A stretch of DNA of 64,000 nucleotides, taken from contig JABDGV010000002.1 in assembly GCA_013285825.1 (NCBI GenBank), positions 132,245-196,244 on the forward strand. The letters run 5' to 3'. Below, piece after piece: positions 37,990-47,302 of this stretch (position 1 is the stretch's first letter; the number at the start of each line of letters is the position of its first letter). This stretch comes from Bacteroidota bacterium. GTDB taxonomy: Bacteria; Chlamydiota; Chlamydiia; Chlamydiales; FEN-1388. The notes below the pieces were generated by a model. That model was not told the DNA's origin. It did no database searches and worked only from the letters and a program-made list of their open reading frames with translations. Made by a program: the position numbers and the translations under genes.

Positions 37990-38841
37990 ATGTTTACAGA
38001 ACGACTTCCTTCTACTGAACCTATATTATATATTGAAGTACCCAAGCCGTCTGAGGGTATAGTTAGAATTGAAGTGCTGCAACCTTCGGTAACTGTCCAG
38101 AAAGTTCAAATTATTTTTACAGATACTCCAAAAGAAACGCCAAAGTTAACTGGTTTATTCAGCTGTCTTTGCATTACTCCTACTACCGTACAAGTCCCTA
38201 ATGAATTTACCGGAAAGGCTGTAGAAGTTATCAAGGCATGGCTTCAAGCAGAGCCAGGAACCACTTTTTCAGAGCATTCCCTAGCAGACTTTATTAAATT
38301 AGAGGGGCAAAAAGAGCGCTTTATAGGGTATGTGAATGCATTAGTAGATAAAATGAATACGTTCTTTATAGACTGTTTTAAAGAGAAAATCAAACTCACA
38401 AGAAAAATTCTTGAGGGTTCAGTTTCAGCTAGAAATCTGGATATTGAGCTCTCTCAGTTCGTGATTTTTGGAACCATGAATAACGCTTTATTTGTTCCCT
38501 CTGAAGATAATCTACAGTTTTTGATAAGGTTCTTAAAACGCTGCTGTAGGGCACTTAACGATGCGGTCCAGAAGGGAGAGTATGTTCCTACAATATTACA
38601 GGACAGTCTCTGCAAAACTCTAGGTAACCTTTTGGTGCTTAATAGGGGAACTGAGGTAGATTATAGCCACCTCACTTGTATATGGACTCTTATTAAGCCT
38701 GAAATGCTAGAGACTATATCGAAAAAGTTTGGGTTGCAACCAAAGTTAGAAGTACAACAGTTAGAAGTGCAGCAGTTAGAAGTTCAGCTGTTAGAAGTAC
38801 AGCCCCAACCTATTGTAGAAGAAATAGTACTCTTGAAATGA
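37990..38841 (+). CDS. hypothetical protein, paralog A1 (283 aa)
   Basis: Clear paralogy with the next gene: VQKVQIIFTDTPKE...VQVPNEFTGKAVEVIKAWLQAEPG...FIKLEGQKERF... versus EKVQITFTSTPKE...IQVPKEFTGETAEFIKKWLNAEPG...FLKLEGQKERY.... The C-terminus carries an (LEVQQ)n repeat. Confidence 0.75.
   Translation: MFTERLPSTEPILYIEVPKPSEGIVRIEVLQPSVTVQKVQIIFTDTPKETPKLTGLFSCLCITPTTVQVPNEFTGKAVEVIKAWLQAEPGTTFSEHSLADFIKLEGQKERFIGYVNALVDKMNTFFIDCFKEKIKLTRKILEGSVSARNLDIELSQFVIFGTMNNALFVPSEDNLQFLIRFLKRCCRALNDAVQKGEYVPTILQDSLCKTLGNLLVLNRGTEVDYSHLTCIWTLIKPEMLETISKKFGLQPKLEVQQLEVQQLEVQLLEVQPQPIVEEIVLLK
38746..38805 (+). repeat. 4 x 15-bp in-frame tandem repeat (ttagaagtNcagNNN) encoding LEVQQ-LEVQQ-LEVQL-LEVQP
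   Basis: Units at 38746, 38761, 38776 and 38791, each with 1-3 mismatches. Confidence 0.9.
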
Positions 38842-38889
38842 GCATAGAGCACCAAGAGCTGTGTAAAAGTCAAAATAGTGGGGACTTTT

Positions 38890-39774
38890 ATGACGACAGA
38901 GTTGAAACAGGCGATTGAGATAATTAAAGTTCAGGATTTATCTTCATCTTCCTCAGAAGATGAAGAGGAGAAAGGCAACAAATTTACCTCATTCGGTATA
39001 AATAATCTTAAATTATCTGAAAAGGTACAAATCACTTTTACAAGTACTCCTAAAGAGTCGAAGTCGACAAGCGGCACCCTCTGTTGCTTCAGCAATTCAT
39101 CTTCTATACAAGTGCCCAAAGAATTTACTGGAGAGACGGCAGAATTTATAAAAAAATGGCTTAATGCAGAGCCGGGAGAAATTTCCCTTCCAGATACATT
39201 GGCGGAATTTCTCAAACTAGAAGGACAAAAGGAACGCTATAAAAAGTATATGCACGCCTTTGTTTTAGAGCTGAATACCTTTTTGTCTGCCTGTATCAAT
39301 AGGAAGATTCCTTGCCCTGAGAACCTTTTACAAGGTGAGGTTTCAGCAAAAGATCTCGATAAGGTGTTTACTCGCCTTATCATTCATGGGACTTTTGATA
39401 AGGCGTACTTTGAGGTTAAAAAAGATAATTTACCCTTTTTAGCCGCCTTCTTAAAGCGCTATTGCAATCAACTCATAGTCGGCAAAATCGGCAAAGAATT
39501 TCAAGAAACTCTGAGCAAAACTCTTAATTTTCTTTCTCAATTAATGAATGTAAAATACGAAACAATTCCAACTCGAGCTCCTATGGTGTGCGCTCTTGTC
39601 ACCATAAAAAAGAGTGAATTGGATTCAGATGCGATTTTGGAGAGGAAAGAATCAAAGAAAATAAACACCACACCGACTAATTTAAGTACGACCACCACAC
39701 CCAATCTAGAAACAATCCAAAAAAAAATATATTATGATCTTTCAAAGCTAGATCAGCGTCAGGGAGATGAATGA
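38890..39774 (+). CDS. hypothetical protein, paralog A2 (294 aa from ATG 38890; track start GTG 38878)
   Basis: Paralog of A1. The 11-mer AAAAGTCAAAA lies 13-14 nt upstream of both ATGs (37966-37976 and 38865-38875), which supports ATG 38890. The stop overlaps the next gene's start (ATGA at 39771-39774). Confidence 0.75.
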   Translation: MTTELKQAIEIIKVQDLSSSSSEDEEEKGNKFTSFGINNLKLSEKVQITFTSTPKESKSTSGTLCCFSNSSSIQVPKEFTGETAEFIKKWLNAEPGEISLPDTLAEFLKLEGQKERYKKYMHAFVLELNTFLSACINRKIPCPENLLQGEVSAKDLDKVFTRLIIHGTFDKAYFEVKKDNLPFLAAFLKRYCNQLIVGKIGKEFQETLSKTLNFLSQLMNVKYETIPTRAPMVCALVTIKKSELDSDAILERKESKKINTTPTNLSTTTTPNLETIQKKIYYDLSKLDQRQGDE

Positions 39775-42323
39775 CCCACTTTATCGGCATCGATTTAGGC
39801 ACTACCAATTGTGCGGTTGCCTTTGCGCCCTTAAGCGGCCGTGTCGAACTCTTTGCGATTCCGCAGCTTGTCCTTGAAAATATTGTGCAAGCCTCCCCTT
39901 TGCTTCCATCGGCCTGTTTTTTATCTGGTTATGAGGGCCGCAAGCTCTTTTCTTGGGAAAATGAGCAGAGCCCCATTATCGGCTCTTTGGCGGTAACCTT
40001 AGGGGATAAGGTTCCAACAAAGCAAATTGTCTCTGCAAAAAGCTGGCTGAGTACAAATAGAGGTGTTCGAGGCGAAGAGCTTCTACCCATCGATGGAGAT
40101 GCCCTTCGATATTCGCCAAGGCAGGTATTAAGCTTTATTCTTCAGCATATCCGCTCTGCATGGAATGAATCGCATCCAGAATCAATTCTTGAAGAGCAAA
40201 ATGTGGTTGTGACTATTCCTGCTTCGTTTAATGAGCGGGCACGCGCTGAGGTTGCTCAAAGCATTGAAAAGGGCGGGATTTACAAGTTTACCCTTTTAGA
40301 AGAGCCCATTGCAGCCCTCTATGCTTGGATGGGGGTAAAGGAAAATGCAAAATCGATCAAGACAGGCGATTCCATACTCGTAGTCGATATAGGCGGAGGG
40401 ACGACCGATTTTGCCCTCATCCATGTAGACGACGATCACCTTAATCGTGTCGCTGTCGGCAAGCACCTGATATTGGGCGGAGATAATATCGATGCCTTTG
40501 TCTCCAATCAGATCGGATATAAGGGGCCTTTTGGCGCCTCTTCATGTAAGCAGTTAAAAATCCAAGCTTTTCAAAACGATGCCCCATCAACATTGTCGGC
40601 AACAATTCAAAAGCGCGGCGCCTCGGTTATTGCTCAAGGTCAAGTCTTCCAAATTAAAAAAGAGGCTCTTCGAGATGATATCCTGGATGGATTTTTCCCG
40701 AAAGTTTCCTTCGATGAAGAGATAATAAAAAATCAGGCGATTGCCTCTTTTGGACTGCCCTATGAGCGGGACTGCAGGATTACTGCCCATTTGGCCGCAT
40801 TCTTGCGCCAAGCAACAAAGAGTGAGGGAGCGAGATACCCAAACAAAGTGCTCTTTAATGGCGGCTCATTAAAGCCTAAAGAGTTTCGTAGTCGACTTCT
40901 AGAGCAGATTTCGGCTTGGTCTGGATCTGAGGTTTTAGAGCTTGAAGCTACAAGCCTTGATTTTGCAGTCGCATATGGTGCTGTCTATTCGCAGCTTTCA
41001 AGTTCAAGAAAAATTCATTTAGGGCTTGCAAAAACACTCTATATACAGCTTCAAGGGAATAAGTTATGCACCATTTTGCCCAGAGGATCGGAGGCGGGAG
41101 TTGAGCATGAGGTTAAAAAAGAGCTTTTGCTTCAGGTGAACCAGCCGGTCTCTTTTCCTCTCTATTCCTCGCAAGTTCGTCTGCACGATAAGGTTGGGGA
41201 GATTATCGAGCCAAATGAAGATGAGATATCGCAAGTATCAACCCTTGTTTCTGCTTTAAAGTATGGATCTCAAGCCAAATCGGTGCCCATTCATCTAAGA
41301 GCTATGCTGAGCCCAATCGGAACCGTAGAGGTTTCATTGAAAGGGCCAAAGGTATGGACGTTGGAATTTGAAACACATGACCACTCTAAGCAAGCTATAC
41401 GAAAAGATGAGCTGCTTTCAGAGGATGTTAAGCAATCAATTACACCCTTAATTGATAGACTCATTCATGAAAACTGTTCCCTATCCATTATTGAAGAAAA
41501 ACTGCAAAAGCCAAAGGAAGAGTGGACGAGCTCGCTCCTTCGTTTTATTGCAGATCTGCTTTTAAAAAATGACAAGCCGATTTCATGGCGGATCTGGCAG
41601 CTTTTAGGTTTTACCTTGAGGCCAGGAATAGGCGCTCCTGGAGATGAGTGGCGCTTAAAGCAACTCTGGAAGAAAGTACTGCTGCAAAAAAGTACAACGC
41701 CAGAGATACAGCTCCATATGCTGATTGCTCTTCGAAGAGTTGCAGCCGGATTAACCCTGGGCCAGCAGGCGCAGGTTTTATCTGGTCATATCTTGCCGCT
41801 CTTTATCAACCCTGGAGTTCTTGCAGATCCAAAAAAGGTTGGCAAGGCTCTTTATGAAGAAAAGATTCGGGCAGCATCTTCTTTTGAGCATCTTAATTTT
41901 GGGTTTAAAGAGACACTTTTTAAAGCTCTCTCTAAGAAATTACGTACAAATAACTATACAACTGTTGATTTTTGGGGCTGGGCAAGACTTCTTTCTCGAT
42001 TAAAACTCTATGCGCCGCTCAGTACAGCGCTTCCCTTGTCGATCGTTGAGTTTGATGCCGCTTTAGTGTTTCAATCTCTACCTGAGTCGTTTATAGATGC
42101 ACATTTAGATACTGCTGCTATGGCTCTTGCTCCCTGCGGAATTGCAAATCTTGACTTAAAGGTTGATTCTATTTTTCCAGAAAAATTGTCTACTATTCGT
42201 CAGCAAATCAATTACCGTATAGAATCAAATAAGAAAAAAGAAGTTCACTTTGAGCTTTTAGGTGATCTTCCTGTTCACGGTTTAAAAATTACTGGAGCGT
42301 TAATTGAAGACAGTTTGGGATAG
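39771..42323 (+). CDS. Hsp70-family ATPase (actin-like NBD) with about 450-aa non-canonical C-terminal domain
   Basis: NBD motifs: [15 protein letters not shown] (phosphate 1), VVVTIPASFNERAR, ILVVDIGGGTTDFALI (phosphate 2) and LGGDNID. The C-terminal half does not resemble the DnaK substrate-binding domain. AGGGAG upstream. ATGA coupling to A2. Confidence 0.8.
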   Translation: MTHFIGIDLGTTNCAVAFAPLSGRVELFAIPQLVLENIVQASPLLPSACFLSGYEGRKLFSWENEQSPIIGSLAVTLGDKVPTKQIVSAKSWLSTNRGVRGEELLPIDGDALRYSPRQVLSFILQHIRSAWNESHPESILEEQNVVVTIPASFNERARAEVAQSIEKGGIYKFTLLEEPIAALYAWMGVKENAKSIKTGDSILVVDIGGGTTDFALIHVDDDHLNRVAVGKHLILGGDNIDAFVSNQIGYKGPFGASSCKQLKIQAFQNDAPSTLSATIQKRGASVIAQGQVFQIKKEALRDDILDGFFPKVSFDEEIIKNQAIASFGLPYERDCRITAHLAAFLRQATKSEGARYPNKVLFNGGSLKPKEFRSRLLEQISAWSGSEVLELEATSLDFAVAYGAVYSQLSSSRKIHLGLAKTLYIQLQGNKLCTILPRGSEAGVEHEVKKELLLQVNQPVSFPLYSSQVRLHDKVGEIIEPNEDEISQVSTLVSALKYGSQAKSVPIHLRAMLSPIGTVEVSLKGPKVWTLEFETHDHSKQAIRKDELLSEDVKQSITPLIDRLIHENCSLSIIEEKLQKPKEEWTSSLLRFIADLLLKNDKPISWRIWQLLGFTLRPGIGAPGDEWRLKQLWKKVLLQKSTTPEIQLHMLIALRRVAAGLTLGQQAQVLSGHILPLFINPGVLADPKKVGKALYEEKIRAASSFEHLNFGFKETLFKALSKKLRTNNYTTVDFWGWARLLSRLKLYAPLSTALPLSIVEFDAALVFQSLPESFIDAHLDTAAMALAPCGIANLDLKVDSIFPEKLSTIRQQINYRIESNKKKEVHFELLGDLPVHGLKITGALIEDSLG

Positions 42324-45300
42324 CCTTATACCTCTTGCCAAGGAAGCGCATCTGCTCAAAAGCGTTTTGGCTCCTCGAGATATTGCCTATTCCGAACAGG
42401 TGTATCAGATCCTCTTTCCTCAATCGGAGTCCGAAGAGGGACGCCCTTGTGTTGTTCTCCAAGTCCAAAAAAATGTTGATGACGGTGAGAGCACATACCA
42501 ACCTTTTGATCTCTTTTGCAGCTCTTGCGACTCCTCGAGCCATGCTATCTGCATCCATCAAGCAGCAGCTGTCCTTTGGATGTATGATTTTGGACTTGCG
42601 CCGCCGCATATATTCTTCAACCATTCGCCTTGGCGCTATCTCTTTGAAAGCCTATGTGAAAGTTATGGGTATGATGGGTATGTTTTGAATCGCAAAGGTA
42701 AAGAAGTATCTATCCGTAAGGGAAAAAAAGAGCCCTTCATTACTCTTCAAGGAAGCGAGGAGTTTTTAACTCATATTCAGGAGATTTTTGAACGCCCTAT
42801 TGAGTCTGAGGAAAATTCGATCAAATTTTCTGCGCTTGATGATAATGAGATTGAGCGCTATCGAAAGGGAAGGCCTTCAAGAAAGCTGAAGTTTGAGCTC
42901 TCACGGCTATCCGATTTGGCGCAATATTTGGCGCTCATCGAACAGATGCAGGGGTTTAAATCTACCTTTTCTCCTTCGAGCTCTGGCGGTCAGATTAAGC
43001 TTAGCAAAAGCATCGCTATCGAGTACGTAAGCCCTACGAAGCGGGAGGCAGAAGCTCTTGGTTTATTGATGCAGGAGCATATCTACTCCTTTCACGGCTT
43101 TGATCAAAAAACAGATGGGGCAAAGTTTCAGGTAGGTGACAAGCGCGTACTTGTTAAAGATCCAAAACAGATAGCTCTTCTGCTTGACCTCACACGGCAC
43201 GCTCTTCCAAGCCGTGTAGAAAAGATGCAGGTTTCACCTCAATTGATACCGCTGCACGCATCTATCAAAATTAGCGCGGATGCGCTTGTTATAGACCCTT
43301 ATCGAAATTCTATCGGCGATCTTCAACAAAATACCTCTTGGTATGGTCGCTGGATCACATCTGAAATGTATGGACTGTTTCCAGTTGAGTATACTCCCTT
43401 TTATCCAAATAAATGCACAGTACCGCGTAAAGAGATATCATCCTTTGTCAGTCAGTATCCCCATTTTTTAAGCAGGCATCCTGGATTCAAGGTGCACCAT
43501 ACATCAAAAGAAGAGGCCGTATCCTACACTGTTGAGCCAAGCGGGGCGCTTCGATTTGTATCAAAAACTCGATTGCAGTCAAAAATTGATGTTCCCCATA
43601 TTGATTTTGGAGCCTACACATGGGTTAAGGGGGCGGGGTTTTATCCTAAAGAGGGGTTAAAAGGGCAAAGCGATCTTCAAACTGATTCCTCTATTCTTCC
43701 CTATCAGGTTGCAGACTATATCCGGAGTCATAAAAGCGCTCTTGAGCAGCTGCCAGGCTTTTTTACTGATGACTCGCCGCTTGTCAAATCGGGACTCAAA
43801 ATTTATCTAGATACACCTGATATTGTATCTATTGAGCCTTTAATCCTCTGGAAATCAGGCATTCATTCTGACGACGTACGCATTTACGATGAGTATGGCT
43901 ATCTCGATAAAACTGGCTTTTTCTTAATTCCGGATGGGCAAATGCTCTTTGCTCAAGAGCGAAATATTGAAGCTGCAAACCCTGAAGAGTGGGACCATTT
44001 TTTTGCATCTGGGTTGCATCAACTCAGCACCGAGGTTTTGTGCGAGATTGACCCGCAGCTATGTCCTCCAAAGTCCTTGACTCTGCTTGCAAGCGATATT
44101 GAAGAGAAGAATTTGAAAGAGAGAGGTTCGGCCGCTTTATGGCAGATGAACCTTTCCTGGGAAAGTGAGCTTGGACGAGTAAGCCTTGACGAAGTCGTTG
44201 AGGGGAAGGCAAAGGGCATTCGCTATTTGCCGACAGAAGCTGGCCTTTTGGATCTATCTCAAGATCGTTTTGCTTGGATAGAGTCTAAGAAAAAAATGAA
44301 GAAAAAGGAAAAGGTCCAGAAGGATCTTGCCCTGGAGTTATCCTCTCTTGATCTTATCCGCCTTCATGCTCACGACACCATTACTTTTGACTCGGATTCA
44401 TGCGCTCACGGCCCTGTCGAACTTATCGAGCGCCTTTTAGAGATGAAATCGCCAGAGCCGCCCGATAGGCATCTTTTAAACTGTCAATTACGCCCCTATC
44501 AAGAACACGGTCTTTATTGGCTCTGGTATCTCTATACAAGCAGGCTTTCCGGGCTTTTATGCGATGATATGGGTGTTGGTAAAACCCATCAGGCAATGGC
44601 TCTTTTAGCCTCTGTAAAGGCGCTTGCAGATAGGGATGGAAAAAAGATACGGTTCTTGATTATCTGCCCGACATCGCTTGTATGGCACTGGAAAGAAAAG
44701 CTTCATCAGTTTGTGCCAAGCCTTGATGTATGCGCCTATTTTGGAAGCACCCGTTCCGATAGCTCTTTAAAAGATGCCGATGTTTTGCTTACGACGTATG
44801 GAATTTGGCGAAACGAACGTAAAAATTTACAGAAGCTTGAATTTGATGTGGCCATCTTCGACGAGCTTCAGATTGCCAAAAACCACTCAAGCCTAATTTG
44901 GTCGGCTCTCTCTGATGTCAAATCGCGTATGCGGCTGGGGCTTACCGGAACGCCCATAGAAAACCAGCTGCGGGAACTCAAAGCGCTCTTTGACCTCATA
45001 TTGCCAGGATATATGCCTGAAGAGCATGCCTTCCGTGAGCTTTTTGCACGTCCCATTGAACGAGGATATTTAGAGGGTCGGAAGGAGCTTTTAAGCCGGT
45101 ATGTAAAGCCATTTATTTTACGTAGGCGCAAGCAAGATGTTCTTCAAGATCTGCCTCAGAAATCGGAAGAGATCTGCCATGCAGAGCTTATTGGCGATCA
45201 AAAAAGCCTCTACCGCTCAGTGGCCGCAACTCATAGCGCCTCTCTTTTAAGCGCCCTCAAAGACAATGCTACCCATGTGCCCTATATGCACATCTTTGCT

Positions 45301-45903
45301 CTATTATCGGCTCTAAAGCAGATATCCAACCATCCAGCTACCTATCTCAAAGATGTTATAAACTTTGAAAAATATGAGTCGGGGAAATGGAGTGTATTTG
45401 TTGAGCTCTTAGAAGAGGCTCAAGAGAGTGGTTTGAAGGTTGTTGTCTTTTCTCAATATCTTTCAATGCTCGATATCATGGCCAAATATCTCGATTCCAA
45501 AGGAATTGGCTATGCACAGGTTCGCGGACAAACAAAAAAGCGCGGTGCTGAGATTTCACGCTTTCAAACAGATCCAAGCTGCAAAGTCTTTTTAGGATCT
45601 TTGCAAGCAGCAGGACTTGGGATCGATCTTACAGCCGGCTCAATTGTTATCCACTACGACCGCTGGTGGAATGCTGCGCGGGAAAATCAGGCGACTGATC
45701 GAGTACACAGAATTGGCCAGGAGAGAGGTGTGCAGGTGTACAAGCTTGTCACTCTCAATAGCATTGAAGAGAGAATTGATTTAATGATTGAATCCAAAGC
45801 TTCTCTTTTAGAAGATGTGGTCAGCTGGGATGACCATCAGATCGTCAAAAAGCTCTCCCGAAACGAACTTATTGAGCTTTTAGAGGGGCTGCAGGAAAGG
45901 TAA
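42304..45903 (+). CDS. SNF2-family helicase with N-terminal SWIM zinc finger
   Basis: SWIM motif CSSC...CIH at nt 42517-42558. SNF2 motifs: LRPYQEHGLYWL, DDMGVGKT (I), FDELQIAKN (II), LTGTPIEN (III), helicase-C with QATDRVHRIGQ (VI). The TTG start at 42304 overlaps the Hsp70-like stop by 20 nt, so the start is uncertain. Confidence 0.9.
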   Translation: MKTVWDSLIPLAKEAHLLKSVLAPRDIAYSEQVYQILFPQSESEEGRPCVVLQVQKNVDDGESTYQPFDLFCSSCDSSSHAICIHQAAAVLWMYDFGLAPPHIFFNHSPWRYLFESLCESYGYDGYVLNRKGKEVSIRKGKKEPFITLQGSEEFLTHIQEIFERPIESEENSIKFSALDDNEIERYRKGRPSRKLKFELSRLSDLAQYLALIEQMQGFKSTFSPSSSGGQIKLSKSIAIEYVSPTKREAEALGLLMQEHIYSFHGFDQKTDGAKFQVGDKRVLVKDPKQIALLLDLTRHALPSRVEKMQVSPQLIPLHASIKISADALVIDPYRNSIGDLQQNTSWYGRWITSEMYGLFPVEYTPFYPNKCTVPRKEISSFVSQYPHFLSRHPGFKVHHTSKEEAVSYTVEPSGALRFVSKTRLQSKIDVPHIDFGAYTWVKGAGFYPKEGLKGQSDLQTDSSILPYQVADYIRSHKSALEQLPGFFTDDSPLVKSGLKIYLDTPDIVSIEPLILWKSGIHSDDVRIYDEYGYLDKTGFFLIPDGQMLFAQERNIEAANPEEWDHFFASGLHQLSTEVLCEIDPQLCPPKSLTLLASDIEEKNLKERGSAALWQMNLSWESELGRVSLDEVVEGKAKGIRYLPTEAGLLDLSQDRFAWIESKKKMKKKEKVQKDLALELSSLDLIRLHAHDTITFDSDSCAHGPVELIERLLEMKSPEPPDRHLLNCQLRPYQEHGLYWLWYLYTSRLSGLLCDDMGVGKTHQAMALLASVKALADRDGKKIRFLIICPTSLVWHWKEKLHQFVPSLDVCAYFGSTRSDSSLKDADVLLTTYGIWRNERKNLQKLEFDVAIFDELQIAKNHSSLIWSALSDVKSRMRLGLTGTPIENQLRELKALFDLILPGYMPEEHAFRELFARPIERGYLEGRKELLSRYVKPFILRRRKQDVLQDLPQKSEEICHAELIGDQKSLYRSVAATHSASLLSALKDNATHVPYMHIFALLSALKQISNHPATYLKDVINFEKYESGKWSVFVELLEEAQESGLKVVVFSQYLSMLDIMAKYLDSKGIGYAQVRGQTKKRGAEISRFQTDPSCKVFLGSLQAAGLGIDLTAGSIVIHYDRWWNAARENQATDRVHRIGQERGVQVYKLVTLNSIEERIDLMIESKASLLEDVVSWDDHQIVKKLSRNELIELLEGLQER

Positions 45904-45910
45904 GCGGGAG

Positions 45911-46312
45911 TTACTCTAAGTATCTTTCTATAATGAGCTCTTTTACCTTCTCTTCGAGCTGCTGAGAGAGCAATCTCAGCTGCATTGCATGTTCATTTGT
46001 TTCTGGATAACGGCTGGAAACAAGGAGCTTTTTGATTTCAGCGACATCCTTAATTTTTTTAATGAATTCGGATAATGCAACAGGATCTGAGCTTTTAGGA
46101 TCGAATATCTCCGTATAGTTGTTTTTAATGACTGTAACGGCATTGGTTAATTGGATCGCTTGAGCCTTCTTAAGCTGATCTTTGATTTTTCGAGTTGTAA
46201 AATCTTGGTATTGAGAAAGCTGTAGAGCTGACTTATGCAAATTTGAATAGTGTTGTGAAATTTCGAAAAACTTTTTGGTGCATGAAGGGCCTAATTGTAG
46301 AAAAAGTTTCAC
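45911..46312 (-). CDS. small hypothetical protein, paralog B1 (133 aa)
   Basis: Homologous to the two upstream genes: shared N-terminus (F.LG...F.EFS/ISQ...Y), a mid 'K..Y.EI.D' block and a C-terminal 'L...LEE.VK' block. It starts 1 nt after the stop of B2. Confidence 0.65.
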   Translation of the reverse strand: MKLFLQLGPSCTKKFFEISQHYSNLHKSALQLSQYQDFTTRKIKDQLKKAQAIQLTNAVTVIKNNYTEIFDPKSSDPVALSEFIKKIKDVAEIKKLLVSSRYPETNEHAMQLRLLSQQLEEKVKELIIERYLE

Positions 46313-46313
46313 T

Positions 46314-46748
46314 CTAAAGCTCCTCGTTATTTTTTAAATGGGTAATAAAGCAGCTATTCTGGAGAGTTTTTTTGACCTCCTCTTCAAGGTCTGTGAAAAG
46401 CCTTCTTTCCAGATTAATAAGCTTTCCAATACGGTTGGGATGCGGTTTTGTCTTAGGATAGCGATGTTTTTCAAACTCTCCTTGAATGAAGTTGAGGGAT
46501 TGTATTTTGACAGTAAAGGGTGATAACTGGACAGGATGCGTCTTTGCCGTATCGATGATCTCTTCGAATTTATATCTAAAAAGGTGGGAAGCCTTATTTA
46601 ATGCCACAGATTGAGCATCAATATATGATTTTCTGATCGGGTCAATTTCAGGGGTATTTTGAACAAGGTATTGTATTTCACGGTAGTTCTTTGCTATTTG
46701 AGAAAATTCCTTGAAGACTTGACTGCCTAATCGAAAATAGAGGCTCAT
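46314..46748 (-). CDS. small hypothetical protein, paralog B2 (144 aa)
   Basis: See B1. AAGGA upstream of the ATG. Confidence 0.65.
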   Translation of the reverse strand: MSLYFRLGSQVFKEFSQIAKNYREIQYLVQNTPEIDPIRKSYIDAQSVALNKASHLFRYKFEEIIDTAKTHPVQLSPFTVKIQSLNFIQGEFEKHRYPKTKPHPNRIGKLINLERRLFTDLEEEVKKTLQNSCFITHLKNNEEL

Positions 46749-46763
46749 GGGCTTTTCCTTATG

Positions 46764-47186
46764 TTATTCATCTAAAAAGTCGTCATAGGTAATTAAGCGG
46801 CTATCCTCAATGAGCTGCTCTTTGATCATTTTTTCTAATTGAAGATAGAGAACTTCTTTTTGATTAATGAGCTTTTTATGCTCTTTTGTGTAGGAAATAT
46901 TCTTCATAATAAGGTGGTTTTGAATTGTATCGATTTGATTTATGGTATTGGTAAATTTCGATACCTCTAAGGAATCTGAGCCTTCAATATCGATAATCTC
47001 TTTATATTCTTGTTTGAAGAGCAGGACCGACTTTGTGAGTGCAAGAGTTTGTCCCATCTCAAACTTTTTTTTGATGAGAACATTTAAACGAAATGCATAG
47101 GCGCGAGTTTTCATTGCATGGTAATCTGTTGCAAATCCAGAAAATTCTGCAAAGGCATCAGTCCATCGCCGAAATTGAATTTTCAT
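46764..47186 (-). CDS. small hypothetical protein, paralog B3 (140 aa from ATG 47186; track start TTG 47225)
   Basis: See B1. The ATG at 47186 is preceded by GAGG (agaggtattaATG), and MKIQFRRWTDAFAEFSGFATDY aligns with the N-termini of B1 and B2. Confidence 0.65.
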   Translation of the reverse strand: MKIQFRRWTDAFAEFSGFATDYHAMKTRAYAFRLNVLIKKKFEMGQTLALTKSVLLFKQEYKEIIDIEGSDSLEVSKFTNTINQIDTIQNHLIMKNISYTKEHKKLINQKEVLYLQLEKMIKEQLIEDSRLITYDDFLDE

Positions 47187-47302
47187 TAATACCTCTGCAT
47201 GCGTTATAACGAAGAAGCTTAGCAATGATGTTGATTTTTCATCAATTTAAATTGAATTATTTCCTTAACTTTGATATAGTTTTTTAAAAAATATGTATTA
47301 AC

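Noticed and set aside
1084-38805. Tandem 15-bp and 6-bp repeats (1084-1180, 35819-36013, 38746-38805) considered as possible CRISPR arrays
   Set aside because: The units are contiguous with no spacers, far shorter than CRISPR repeats, in-frame within long ORFs, and there are no cas genes. They are coding microsatellite or minisatellite tracts.
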